Shown here one piece after another: positions 32,813 through 42,955 of a DNA stretch of 64,000 nucleotides. How positions within the stretch are numbered: the first letter of the stretch is position 1; each line of letters begins with the position of its first letter. The notes below the pieces were generated by a model. That model saw only the letters and a list, made by a program, of their open reading frames with translations, did no database searches and had not been told where the DNA came from. The stretch comes from a virus. Its lineage: Duplodnaviria > Caudoviricetes. The position numbers were made by a program, and so were the translations under genes. Location: positions 45,417 to 109,416 of the IMG/VR virus record IMGVR_UViG_3300025934_000001. One strand, given 5' to 3'.

Positions 32813-34894
32813 ATGAAAGGCAGCACCGTGAAGAAGCATTTCTGGATCGACATCGAGACCCGCTCCCGCACCGACCTCGTCAAGCATGGCGTCTACCGCT
32901 ACGCCGCTGACCCCTCCACCGAAGTCCTGATCATCTGCTACGCGCTCGGCCACGGCCCCATCAAGACATGGGTGCGCGGCGCCGCCATGCCCGCGGACCT
33001 GATGAGCGTGCTGGCGAAGCCCGCCCCGCACGTGTACCTGACGGCGCACAACGCCGGCTTCGAGCGCCACGTGCTCACGCGCCTGTTCCCGGCCGTGCGT
33101 GATCCGCGCCGCTGGTACTGCACGGCCACGCAGGCCCGCGCCGTGGCGCTGGCCGGCTCGCTGGAGTCAGCGAGTCACATGCTGGGCACCCATGTGCGCA
33201 AGGATCGGCGCGGCGGCGAGTTGATCCGCCTGCTGTCGATGCCGCAGGCCGATGGCAGCTTCCTTGAGGATGCCGGCCTGATGGCCGAGTTCGCGCGCTA
33301 CTGCGCGCAGGACGTCGAGGTGATGCGCGCCATGTCCACCAACATGCCACCGCTCACCGAGGAGGCGCTGGCACTGTACGTGGCGAACGAAACCGTGAAC
33401 GATCGCGGCCTGCCGATCGACGTCGATCTGTGCGCGGCCGCGACCACGTACGCCGAGCAGGCCGCGGACGAGGCGGCACTGCGCATCCGCGCCGTGACCC
33501 GTGATGCGATCAACAGCGCCCGCTCGGTCAAGCTGGCGCCATGGATTCACGCTCGCCTCGCGCAGCAGCACCAGCACCTGATGCACGTGACGCGCACCAA
33601 AGTAGCGGACGTACAACTGCATGGCGCTGCCGGCGGGGGTGGTATGCGCGCGGGCGACGCGCGGGGCGCCGCCCATAACCTTGCACGGGCCGCTGGCGCC
33701 ACCTCGCAGCAAGGCCTGTCGCTCGACTCGGGCGTACGCGCGGCCCTGCTGGAAGCGATCGACCTCTACCCTGATGACTTCACGGCCGAGGTGATCGAGG
33801 CCATCGCGGCCGCGGAGGATGCGTCGATGGCCTCGGTGTCCAAGTTCGCCACCATGCTCGATCGCGTCAGTGCCGACGGGCGCCTGCGGGGTGCCTTCGT
33901 GATGAACGGCGCCAGCCAGACCGGACGCTTCTCCTCGACCGGCGCGCAACTGCACAACTTCCCGCGTGCGGTGGCGGAAGATCCGGACGCACTGCGGGCC
34001 ACCATCCTCAGGGGCGGCGACTTGGGCGACAGCGTGCTCAAGGCTTTAAAGTCCATGCTGCGGCCGGCGGTGCGTTCGCCCAAGGGACTGATCGTGCGGG
34101 CGGATTGGAACGCCGTCGAGGCGCGCGGCCTGCCGTGGCTGGCAGGGCCGAGCGCCACCGACTACCTTGCCATGTGGGCCGACGAGGCGCGTGATCCGTA
34201 CATGGAGCAGGCACTGCTGGCGGGGCTCACGCTGCGGCAGGGCGGCAAGGTGGTGGTGCTGTCGCTGGGCTACGGCGGCGGCCCCAATGCACTCGGCCGC
34301 ATGAGCGGCACCTACGGGGTGCAGATCGCCGACAAGCAGCAGGTAGTGTGGAACTGGCGCAATGCCAATGCATGGGCGCCGGCATGGTGGGCCGAGCTTG
34401 AAGCGGCTGCCTTCAGTGCCCTGCGCAAGCGTGACTTGGTGTGGCAGGGGGCGCAGCGCATCAGCTTCGCCGCAGATGCGTTCGGGCTTGCCATGCTGCT
34501 GCCATCCGGTCGCGTGCTCCGCTATCCCGATGCCAAGTTCGAATGGCAGGGCGAGCAGTCGCGCATCACCTACCAGAAGGCGGCATGGAAGCCCAAGGCC
34601 AACGTCAAGGAATGGCCGCGGGCCACCATGTGGCACGGCACCCTCGCGGAGAACGCGACGCAGGCCATGTGCGGGGATCTGCTGCGGCATGCATTGATCG
34701 GCGCGGTGCAGGACGGACTCCCGATCATCGGCCATGTGCATGATGAGTTGATCGCGGAAGCGCCGAACACCAAGGCCGCCACGGTGCGGGATCTTGCACG
34801 CGCGCTGCAGCAGCGTATGCTCGACTTACCCGTATGGGCGGCTGGCTTGCCGCTCGCTGTCGAGACTGACAGCGCCGCCTACTATCGCAAGTGA
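32813..34894 (+). CDS. DNA polymerase, family A (3'-5' exonuclease + polymerase)
   Basis: DIETRS, AHNAGFE, YC.QDV, TGRFSS..QLHN.PR, AD.NAVEAR, K.VVLSLGYG, HVHDEL. Confidence 0.9.
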   Translation: MKGSTVKKHFWIDIETRSRTDLVKHGVYRYAADPSTEVLIICYALGHGPIKTWVRGAAMPADLMSVLAKPAPHVYLTAHNAGFERHVLTRLFPAVRDPRRWYCTATQARAVALAGSLESASHMLGTHVRKDRRGGELIRLLSMPQADGSFLEDAGLMAEFARYCAQDVEVMRAMSTNMPPLTEEALALYVANETVNDRGLPIDVDLCAAATTYAEQAADEAALRIRAVTRDAINSARSVKLAPWIHARLAQQHQHLMHVTRTKVADVQLHGAAGGGGMRAGDARGAAHNLARAAGATSQQGLSLDSGVRAALLEAIDLYPDDFTAEVIEAIAAAEDASMASVSKFATMLDRVSADGRLRGAFVMNGASQTGRFSSTGAQLHNFPRAVAEDPDALRATILRGGDLGDSVLKALKSMLRPAVRSPKGLIVRADWNAVEARGLPWLAGPSATDYLAMWADEARDPYMEQALLAGLTLRQGGKVVVLSLGYGGGPNALGRMSGTYGVQIADKQQVVWNWRNANAWAPAWWAELEAAAFSALRKRDLVWQGAQRISFAADAFGLAMLLPSGRVLRYPDAKFEWQGEQSRITYQKAAWKPKANVKEWPRATMWHGTLAENATQAMCGDLLRHALIGAVQDGLPIIGHVHDELIAEAPNTKAATVRDLARALQQRMLDLPVWAAGLPLAVETDSAAYYRK

Positions 34895-35022
34895 CCCGGT
34901 AAGAAAAACGCCCGGCGCTGCCGTGAAGCAACGCCGGGCGCGAGCACTGCCGTCACACCCCCCACTACGGAAGCAAGACGTGCATTCTTCATTGACCCGA
35001 TCACCCGTCGAAGGACAACCAC

Positions 35023-37062
35023 ATGAGTCACGAAGCGCGGACACAGAATACACCACCTACCTTCAACTACCCCCTGCGCCTGCGCAAGGCGGCCCGCTGG
35101 CTGTTGTGGCGCGACGACAAGGTGCCCTACTACGCGCATGAGCAAGGCCTGCGCCTCAAGCGTAATGGCAAGCTCGACACGGCGCATGACGTCGCCCGCT
35201 TGGTCGATCACAAGACTGCGCTCGCGACCTTCAAGGCCGATGCCGGCTACTACAGTGGGCTTGGCTTCGCCCTCGGCGCCGGCTGGTACGGCATCGATTT
35301 CGACCACGTGCGTGACCCGGCTACGGGCATGCTGCTGCCACGCTGGATTCCCGACGTGATGCAGGCCGGCAGCGATAGCGGGATGTACGCGGAGCGGTCA
35401 CCCTCGGGCACGGGCCTGCACCTGATCGGCTACTGGCCGGGCGCCGACTTCCGCAACGGCCGCCAGAACGAGCATGCCGAGGCCTATCACTCGGGCCGCT
35501 ACTTCACCATGACCGGCTGGGCCACGCCCTCCAGCAACACCTATCGCTTCCGGCCGGCGAACCCGGCACCCCTGCTGGCCCTGCTCCCGCGGCCGACGCT
35601 GCGGCTGGTGTCCGCGGACCCGCTGCCAACCCCGCCAGAACGGCCTAGGAGCGATCGGGCAGGGGGCCGGGCTACCACCACATGGCTGGCCGATCGCCAA
35701 GCGATCCTAGAGGCGCTGGCGGTGCTGTCCGCGGACTGCGGGCATGAGGCATGGCTGCATGTGGGGATGGCGATCCACCATGCCAGCAAGGGCAGCGCCG
35801 AGGGGCTGGCCCTGTGGGAGCAGTGGAGCGCCACTGCGGCCGGCGCCGTCAATGCCCGTGGCGAGCCGCGCTACGTGGTGGGCCGCACCACGACGCGCTG
35901 GGCCAGCTTCGAGCGCACCCACGCGGGCGCCGCGGCACCCGTGACCCTCGGGAGCCTGATCCACCGAGCCCGCGAGGCGCAGGCCGCACAGGCCTTTGCG
36001 CGGGCCGGGCAGGCACCGGAGCAGCCGCCCGCGGTACCCGAGCTACCACGGGTCAAGGCGCCGCCACGGGTGCTGCCGGGCAACCTGCCGGAACGCTTCA
36101 GTCGCGCCGAGTTGAAGCGCATGAGCATCCCGGCCACGCGCTGGCTGGTGGCGGATCTGATCGCGCCCGGCCTCACCCTGCTGGCCGCGCCACCCAAGAC
36201 CGGCAAGTCCTACCTTGCATTGCAGATGGCGCTGTGCGTGGCCGCGGGCAAGCCGTTCCTCGATCGCGAGACAACGGCGTCGCGCGTGTGCTACTTCGAC
36301 CTTGAGCAATGGCACGCCCTGATGCTGGAACGCGACGATCGCATCAGCAAGGCGCACGCGATCCCGGCCGAGGTGCCGCTGGACTACAGCCTGACGATGG
36401 ATGTCGGCGACGGCGCGCTCGCGGCCATGCAGCAGGAGATCGACCGCGGCACCAAGCTGATCATCGTGGACCTGTTCGCACGCATCAGGGATGAGTTGAA
36501 CGAGAACGAGAAGAAGGGCGTGTATGCGCGCGACTACGCCGCGATCGTACGCATCGCCGACTTCGCGCTGCAGCATCCCGAGGTGGCGATCGTGGTGGTG
36601 CATCACGCCAACAAGGGCAAGCATGACGAGTGGCAGGCCAAGATCAGTGGCAGCTATGGCCTCACAGGTGGATCGCATGCCAACGTGTACATGGAGCGAC
36701 CGGATCTGCGCGGCATGGATGAGGCCGACAAGGAACACGCGATGCAGTACCGCACACTGCGGGCGCAGGGCAAGCTGGTGCAGGAGCAGGAGATCGTGAT
36801 CGAGATGATGCCGGCGGGCGGTGGCTGGCAGTGCTCCAAGGCGAAACCGTGGGAACTCAGAGGCACGCTGATGCAGACGCGCCTGCTGCTGTTGCTGGCG
36901 CCGCTGTACCCGGCGTACACGCCGGCCAAGGACATCGCGGACATGGTTGGCAAGACCTTCACGGCCACGCGGCAGATGCTGATGCGGATGGCGCAGCGGG
37001 GCACGCTGGAATCCGAGGGGCAGGGCGGCGGGGGTTATCGCGTGCGGCGAGGAGACAAGTGA
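35023..37062 (+). CDS. Primase-polymerase + PriCT-2 + AAA (RepA-like) helicase
   Basis: GIDFD, ERSPSGTGLH, W..VGMAIH..W.QWS, APPKTGKS, IIVD, VVHH. Confidence 0.85.
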   Translation: MSHEARTQNTPPTFNYPLRLRKAARWLLWRDDKVPYYAHEQGLRLKRNGKLDTAHDVARLVDHKTALATFKADAGYYSGLGFALGAGWYGIDFDHVRDPATGMLLPRWIPDVMQAGSDSGMYAERSPSGTGLHLIGYWPGADFRNGRQNEHAEAYHSGRYFTMTGWATPSSNTYRFRPANPAPLLALLPRPTLRLVSADPLPTPPERPRSDRAGGRATTTWLADRQAILEALAVLSADCGHEAWLHVGMAIHHASKGSAEGLALWEQWSATAAGAVNARGEPRYVVGRTTTRWASFERTHAGAAAPVTLGSLIHRAREAQAAQAFARAGQAPEQPPAVPELPRVKAPPRVLPGNLPERFSRAELKRMSIPATRWLVADLIAPGLTLLAAPPKTGKSYLALQMALCVAAGKPFLDRETTASRVCYFDLEQWHALMLERDDRISKAHAIPAEVPLDYSLTMDVGDGALAAMQQEIDRGTKLIIVDLFARIRDELNENEKKGVYARDYAAIVRIADFALQHPEVAIVVVHHANKGKHDEWQAKISGSYGLTGGSHANVYMERPDLRGMDEADKEHAMQYRTLRAQGKLVQEQEIVIEMMPAGGGWQCSKAKPWELRGTLMQTRLLLLLAPLYPAYTPAKDIADMVGKTFTATRQMLMRMAQRGTLESEGQGGGGYRVRRGDK

Positions 37063-37066
37063 GCGA

Positions 37067-37180
37067 GCCTCGCGCACACCCGCGCGTCGATCTATGTATT
37101 GTTTTCCCAATACATATAATACATACATGTATCACATGTACGTGGAAGCGCACACACACTCGCGCGGGTGTGCGCGAGGC
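37067..37180. repeat. 20-bp perfect inverted repeat around an AT-rich palindromic core (candidate ori/pac)
   Basis: GCCTCGCGCACACCCGCGCG (37067-86) and its reverse complement (37161-80); core contains TATGTATTG..CAATACATA and TACATGTA. Confidence 0.75.
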
Positions 37181-37233
37181 CGCGATCGTCGCACGCTTGT
37201 CGGACAGGCGCCGACAGCGGACAATCGCGCCCC

Positions 37234-37581
37234 ATGCAGAAGAGCGCGACAGTCAACGAGTTAGCGGTGCCTGCCAAGGGCGCCTTGCAGCCGGTGCGCG
37301 CGGAGCGCGGACGCAGGCGTGTGCCGCGGCCGCTCGCGCAGCAGCGCGACGGGCACACGACCAGCGCAGAGCGTGCGCGCATGCACATCAAGGCGCTGTC
37401 GCTGGTGCGCCTGCTGCACAAGGTCGCTGACGGCAAGAAGCAGGTCGAGCCGCATCAGGTAACGGCTGCTGTTGCGCTGCTGCGCAAGGTGATGCCGGAT
37501 CTGCAGGCCACGCTGATCGGTGGCGACCCGGCGCGCCCCATCACCATCATCACGCGCATGCTCAGTGACAGCGATGAATGA
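37234..37581 (+). CDS. Putative terminase small subunit
   Basis: Upstream of TerL; 'QV.AA..LLRK..PDL...GD...PI'. Confidence 0.55.
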   Translation: MQKSATVNELAVPAKGALQPVRAERGRRRVPRPLAQQRDGHTTSAERARMHIKALSLVRLLHKVADGKKQVEPHQVTAAVALLRKVMPDLQATLIGGDPARPITIITRMLSDSDE

Positions 37582-37813
37582 CGCCGCCTACAAGCCGCTG
37601 CTGGTGCGCCTGCTGCACAAGGTCGCTGACGATGACACGGCGACCACAGCTTACATCGCGCTGCAGGTTGAGAACGAGCGCAAGCGCGTGCAGCTTGAGA
37701 GCTTTAAAGCGTGGGCACGCAGCGTGGCCTATCGCACCAATGGCGCCGCGTCGCACGTCGAGCGCGTGATCCATGCCGAGGCCGTGCTGCGTGGTGGTGA
37801 TCCCGATGAGTAA
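37574..37813 (+). CDS. Hypothetical protein
   Basis: Overlaps both neighbours; shares 32 bp with the terS-like gene. Confidence 0.5.
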   Translation: MNDAAYKPLLVRLLHKVADDDTATTAYIALQVENERKRVQLESFKAWARSVAYRTNGAASHVERVIHAEAVLRGGDPDE

Positions 37814-39209
37814 GACGCGCGGTGCATGGGACCAGCCACCGCGGGACAACGGCCTCACGCATGAGATCACTTTAAAGGCGCGGCCATGGCAGCGGCCGCT
37901 GCGTGACTACTTCCACGCGGGTGGCAAGCGTGCCGTCGTCGTCGCCCATCGGCGTGCCGGCAAGGATCGCGTGGCCCTGTTCATCGAGCTTGAGCAGGCA
38001 CTGCGCGTGCGCTGCGAGGTGTGGCACTGCCTGCCGACCTACAAGCAGGCGCGCAAGGTGGTGTGGGATGCGCTCACCGGAGATGGCGAGCGCCTGATCG
38101 ACGTCGCCTTCCCCCGCTCGATCGTGCGCAAGCGCATCGAGGACGAGATGAAGATCGAGTTGATCACTGGCTCCCTCTGGCGCCTCGTCGGTGCCGACAA
38201 CTTCGATGCGCTCGTCGGTGCCAACCCGAAGCACGTGACGTTCAGCGAGTACGCCCTGACCAGCCCGAAGGCCTACGAGTTCGTGCGCCCGATCCTTGCT
38301 GAGAACGGCGGCTCGCTGCTGTTCATCACCACGCCCCGTGGCTACAACCACGCGCATGCGCTCTACACGCATGCGCAGACGGCGCCTGCGTGGTACGCCG
38401 GCTACCACCCGGTGAGTGACACGCACCTGATCCAGCAGGACGTGCTGGAGGAGGAGCGGCGCACCATGCCGGATGAGTTGTACCGGCAGGAGTACGACTG
38501 CGACTTCAGCGCCGCCAACGTCGGCTCGATCCTCGGCAGCTACCTTGAGCAGGCCGAGCGTGATGGTCGCATCGCAGGCGCCGACCTGTATGACCCCGGC
38601 GGTGCGCCCATCGAGTTGTTCAGCGACATCGGCTTCCGCGACGCGGCTGCGTGGTGGTGGGTGCAGCCCTGCCCCGGCGGGTTCAACGTCATCGACCACG
38701 ATGAGGCCACCGGGCTCGATGCCGAGCAGTGGATCGAGCGCATCCGCGCCAAGCCATGGTCAGCGCACCAGCAGCGCCTCGGCTGCATCCATCTCCCGCA
38801 TGATGCGCGGGCCAAGACCTTCCGCTCGCGCCATACCGTCGTCACGCTGTTCCTCAACAGCCAACTGGCCGACCGCTACTCCGTGGTGCCGCAGACCACG
38901 GTGGCCGATCGCATCAATGCGGCGCGCGTGTTCGTGCGTACCTGCAGCTTCAACCGCGCCGCCTGCGCCGCCGGGCTGCACCATCTGCGCGAGTGGCACT
39001 TCCACTTTGACGAGGACCGCCACAACTTCGGGCGCGAGCCCGAGCACGATGAGCACTCGCACAGCGGCGATGCCTTCAGCTATGCTGCCGTGGCTTTAAA
39101 GCCGTACGTGCCCAGCGCAGCGCCGCCCCCCGCCGACCGCGACGTCGGCGTCGAGGCCAACTACGCCTTCGACCTGAACCGACTGTTTGAGGACCGCGAT
39201 GCCGCCTGA
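37806..39209 (+). CDS. terL: Terminase large subunit
   Basis: HRRAGKD Walker A, VTFSEYA, ITTPRGYN, QEY.C.F, DIG..D, LPHDA, SH.GDAF.Y. Confidence 0.9.
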   Translation: MSKTRGAWDQPPRDNGLTHEITLKARPWQRPLRDYFHAGGKRAVVVAHRRAGKDRVALFIELEQALRVRCEVWHCLPTYKQARKVVWDALTGDGERLIDVAFPRSIVRKRIEDEMKIELITGSLWRLVGADNFDALVGANPKHVTFSEYALTSPKAYEFVRPILAENGGSLLFITTPRGYNHAHALYTHAQTAPAWYAGYHPVSDTHLIQQDVLEEERRTMPDELYRQEYDCDFSAANVGSILGSYLEQAERDGRIAGADLYDPGGAPIELFSDIGFRDAAAWWWVQPCPGGFNVIDHDEATGLDAEQWIERIRAKPWSAHQQRLGCIHLPHDARAKTFRSRHTVVTLFLNSQLADRYSVVPQTTVADRINAARVFVRTCSFNRAACAAGLHHLREWHFHFDEDRHNFGREPEHDEHSHSGDAFSYAAVALKPYVPSAAPPPADRDVGVEANYAFDLNRLFEDRDAA

Positions 39210-41364
39210 TCCCGTCATGCCGCCGCAGCAGGCAGCGCCTACAGCGCCGCCACCGTACCTCGCCGAGCCCAAGCCGCAACAGCAGCAGGCAGGGGCTACA
39301 CCCGAGCAGGCCGAGCACGCCACGCCCGAGTACTGGGCGAAGGAGATCGCGGCATCGAAGAAGTGGCTGCAGAAGTGGCACCAGCGGGCCAAGACCATCG
39401 AGCGCAAGTACCTGCTGGCCGAGCAGGATGCCAACAGCAACACCCGCGACACCTCGCGCTTCCCGCTGTTCTGGTCCAACGTGCAGACGGTTCTCGCGGC
39501 CATGTATGGGCAGATCCCCAAGGTCGATGTCGATCGCACCAACCTCGATCCCGGCGACGACGTCGCGCGCGTCGCGGCCATCATCCTTGAGCGCATCTTC
39601 CAGTTCGAGGCCGACGACTTGGAGAACAGCCCCTACTACGTGATGCAGGACTGCATCCTCGACCGGCTGGTGGCCGGCATGGGTGTGTCATGGGCGCGCT
39701 ACGAGTTCAAGTCGCAGGACTTCACCGTGGGCGGCGTGATGGACGACCAAGGTGCCCCGCTGGTGATCCCCATCATCACCGAGGAGCGGGCGCCGATCGA
39801 CTACGTGCGCTGGTCCGACTTCCTGTTCTCGCCGTGCAAGCGGTGGCAGGAGCGGAGGTGGGTTGCTCGCCGGGTGCCCATGACCGCGGATGCGCTGAAG
39901 AAGCGGTTCGGCGCCGCGGCCGAGGGCGTGCCGATGGCGTTGAAGTCATCGGCTGTCAGTCGCGCTGCCAGTGACGATGACCCGCTGCGTGCGCTGACCG
40001 AGGACATGGCCGACGTGTGGGAGATCTGGTGCGGCACCACCAAGTGGGCCTACTGGTACGTGCAGGGCCATGACAAGCTGCTCGACGCGAAGCAAGATCC
40101 GCTGCAGTTGCAGGACTTCTTTCCGGTGCGACGGCCGCTCTGCGCCACCGCGCTCACCAAGGCCTACATCCCGAAACCGGACTACGACTACGCCCGCTCG
40201 CAGTACGACGAGCTTGACCTGATCGCGAGCCGCACCGGCATGCTGACCGAGGCTTTAAAGCTGGTGGGCGTGTACGACAAGGCGGCCGAGGGCGTGCAAC
40301 GCATGCTCAATCAGGCCAGCATGAATCAACTGATCCCGGTGGACAACTGGGCCATGTTCGCCGAGAAGGGCGGCATCAAGGGACAGGTGGATTGGCTCCC
40401 GCTCGACACCGTGGTGGCCGCGCTCGGCTATCTGGTGCAGCGCAAGCAGACGCTGTCGCAGGAGGTGTTCGAGTTGCTCGGCATCAGCGACATCCAGCGC
40501 GGCATGGCGGCGACCAAGGAGACTGCCACCACGCAGCGCCTCAAGGCCCAGTTCGGCAGTGCCCGCTCGGCGCGCGGCACCGAGGAGGTGGCGCGCTTCG
40601 TCACCGACAATTACCGCATGCGCGCGGAGATCATCTGCAAGCACTGGCAGCCGCAGACCATCCTCTACATCTCGCAGATCGACAAGACACCGGACAAGGC
40701 GCTCGCGGCCGAAGCCGTCAAGCTGCTGAAGAGCGATCCCTCCGTCGCCATGCGCGTCAAGATCAGCGCCGACAACGTGACCGCGCCGGATTGGGAACTG
40801 GAGAAGGGCCAGCGCGTCGAGTTCCTCACCGCGGTCACCGGCTTCATCTCCGCGGCCTTGCCGATGGTGACGCAGTCGCCCTCCGCGGGGCCATTCGTGA
40901 TCCAGATGCTGCAGTGGACCGCATCCGGCTTTAAAGCCGGCAAGCAGATCGAGGGCGTGCTGGATCAGGCACTGCAGGCGATGCAGGCCGACAAGGCCAA
41001 GCCCCCGCCACCCCCGCCGCCGCCCACTCCGTTCGACAAGAAGGAGATCACGGCCGCGGAGAAGAACCGCGCCAGCGCCTCGAAGGAGTTCGCCGAGGCC
41101 GTGCAGACGCTGGTCGAGCTTGGCATCGATCCCATGATGGCAGCGCAGCAACTGCAGATGTACAGCATGCAGAACGCGCAGTCGGTGCAGGGAATAACTA
41201 CACCGCCGCCGCCCCCGCAAGGCTCGCCGGGTGGTGCGCCACCGGGTGGTGCGCCACCGGGTGGACCGCCACCGGGTGGCCCACCGGGCATGCCGCCCGG
41301 CGCAGGCTTGCCGCCCAATGCACCGGGGCCGATGCCGCATCTGCCCGGCCTGCCGGGGGTGTAG
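39199..41364 (+). CDS. Portal protein (podovirus type) with PPGG-repeat tail
   Basis: Follows TerL; 'WSNVQT..A.Y...P', 'GISDIQRG..ETAT.Q.LK.QFGS.R'. Confidence 0.85.
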   Translation: MPPDPVMPPQQAAPTAPPPYLAEPKPQQQQAGATPEQAEHATPEYWAKEIAASKKWLQKWHQRAKTIERKYLLAEQDANSNTRDTSRFPLFWSNVQTVLAAMYGQIPKVDVDRTNLDPGDDVARVAAIILERIFQFEADDLENSPYYVMQDCILDRLVAGMGVSWARYEFKSQDFTVGGVMDDQGAPLVIPIITEERAPIDYVRWSDFLFSPCKRWQERRWVARRVPMTADALKKRFGAAAEGVPMALKSSAVSRAASDDDPLRALTEDMADVWEIWCGTTKWAYWYVQGHDKLLDAKQDPLQLQDFFPVRRPLCATALTKAYIPKPDYDYARSQYDELDLIASRTGMLTEALKLVGVYDKAAEGVQRMLNQASMNQLIPVDNWAMFAEKGGIKGQVDWLPLDTVVAALGYLVQRKQTLSQEVFELLGISDIQRGMAATKETATTQRLKAQFGSARSARGTEEVARFVTDNYRMRAEIICKHWQPQTILYISQIDKTPDKALAAEAVKLLKSDPSVAMRVKISADNVTAPDWELEKGQRVEFLTAVTGFISAALPMVTQSPSAGPFVIQMLQWTASGFKAGKQIEGVLDQALQAMQADKAKPPPPPPPPTPFDKKEITAAEKNRASASKEFAEAVQTLVELGIDPMMAAQQLQMYSMQNAQSVQGITTPPPPPQGSPGGAPPGGAPPGGPPPGGPPGMPPGAGLPPNAPGPMPHLPGLPGV

Positions 41365-41366
41365 CC

Positions 41367-41702
41367 ATGCCCAAGCGACGCTTCGTGCAGGACCGCGACA
41401 CGCTGGAGTTCCATGAAGTCGGCAGCGACTACGCGCCCGTTGTAGCCAATACCGACAGCGCGCTGTGGGGCGATCGGCACTACGCCGGCATGCAGACCAG
41501 CGACGGCACCGACATCAGCACCCGCAGCAAGCACCGCGAGTACATGCGCCAGCACGGCCTGACCACGATCGATGACTACGGCCATGACCACTGGCAGAAG
41601 GCCGCTGCGCAGCGCGAGAACGTCGCCCGCGGCGTCGATCCCAACCGCAAGCACGACCTTGTGCGTGCCATTGCGCAGCTACAGGAGCGAACCCGTCGAT
41701 GA
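41367..41702 (+). CDS. Conserved-type podophage hypothetical protein
   Basis: 'DGT.IS.RSKHREYMR.HG' between portal and scaffold. Confidence 0.65.
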   Translation: MPKRRFVQDRDTLEFHEVGSDYAPVVANTDSALWGDRHYAGMQTSDGTDISTRSKHREYMRQHGLTTIDDYGHDHWQKAAAQRENVARGVDPNRKHDLVRAIAQLQERTRR

Positions 41703-42784
41703 ATACTGCCGAGCTTGACACCGCATCACCGCCCGTCGAGGACGCGCCGCCTTCGGTGCGCGAGTCGCTGGAAGCAGCCATCAGCACCCACGCACCGGAG
41801 GATGGTGCGTCCAAGCCGCCCGAGCCCGGCGGCGTCGCCGCCCTGCTGGCCGCGGGTGCGACCCCAGATGGACCCCAGACGGACCCTAAGCAGGGTCCGG
41901 CTACCACCCCCGCTGCCGCCCCTGACACGGCGCCTGCGCCCGCGCCCGCTAGCTGGAAGGCCGGCCTGCGCGAGCACTGGAAGACGCTCACGCCCGAGGT
42001 GCAGCAGGAGATCCAGCGGCGCGAGAACGAGCAGGTTGGGCGCATGCGCGAGAACGCCGCCATGCGCCAGCACCTCGATCGCTTCAACTCCATCGTGGAG
42101 CCCTACCGGGCACTGATGGAAGCCGAGGGCGGCGAGCCGCTGGCAGCGTTCCATGACTACCTGAAAGCGGCCACGCTGCTGCGCACGGGTGCGCCCAACG
42201 ATCGCGCTGCCTTCGTCGCGGCACTGGTGCAACGCTACGGCGTGCCCCTCGATGCGCTCGACGCGCACCTCGCGTCGGCGATTCAGCGTGGTCCCGGTGC
42301 GCAGTCGCCGCTGTACCCGACGCAGCAGGCACAGATGCCGCAGCAGCAGCCGCAGCAGTTCCGCGATCCGCGCGTCGATGCCATGTTCCAGCGGGTCGAG
42401 CAGCAGGCCAACGCGATGGTGCGCAGCGAGGTGGACAGCTTTAAAGCCGATGCCAAGCATGAGTTCTTCGATGATGTGCGTCTGACCATGGCCGACGTGA
42501 TGGACGCAGCCGCGAAGCGCGGGATCGAGATGTCCATGGAGGATGCCTACCAGCGCGCCATTATGATCGAGCCCGAGGTGCGCAAGGTGGTGGAGTCCCG
42601 CGGCATGCGCATGAACGCCTCGCAGGCCGCGCGTACGCTCGCCGCAGCGCGGCATGCGTCGTCGTCCCTGCCCTCGGGCAATGCCCCGCCCGCGGCCAAG
42701 CTGGCAACCACCAACGGCCTCGCGGCGCCGTCGGTGCGGCAGTCGCTGGAAGCCGCAATTGACACCCTGCGCACTAGCGCGTAA
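41699..42784 (+). CDS. Capsid scaffolding protein
   Basis: Position; 'P.SWK....E.W..L.PEVQ.EI.RRE'; terminal 'SVR.SLEAA' repeats. Confidence 0.75.
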   Translation: MNTAELDTASPPVEDAPPSVRESLEAAISTHAPEDGASKPPEPGGVAALLAAGATPDGPQTDPKQGPATTPAAAPDTAPAPAPASWKAGLREHWKTLTPEVQQEIQRRENEQVGRMRENAAMRQHLDRFNSIVEPYRALMEAEGGEPLAAFHDYLKAATLLRTGAPNDRAAFVAALVQRYGVPLDALDAHLASAIQRGPGAQSPLYPTQQAQMPQQQPQQFRDPRVDAMFQRVEQQANAMVRSEVDSFKADAKHEFFDDVRLTMADVMDAAAKRGIEMSMEDAYQRAIMIEPEVRKVVESRGMRMNASQAARTLAAARHASSSLPSGNAPPAAKLATTNGLAAPSVRQSLEAAIDTLRTSA

Positions 42785-42955
42785 CTTTTACAAGCTCGCA
42801 GCACAGTAGCGCCTTCGTGCATGAACCCGGCCCCCGCGGCCGCGCCATCCTCTGCACCGGAGCGAGCGTGTCTTTAAAGGACACGGCTCCCCCACCGAAA
42901 GAGGCGACGACTTGAAGCGATTCTGCTTTTATTCGTCAACCATTCGGGAGGAACC

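Noticed and set aside
33590-33720. Gly/Ala-rich insertion in the DNA polymerase as an intein or nested gene
   Set aside because: Short, lacks intein termini, and has no SD-led alternative ORF
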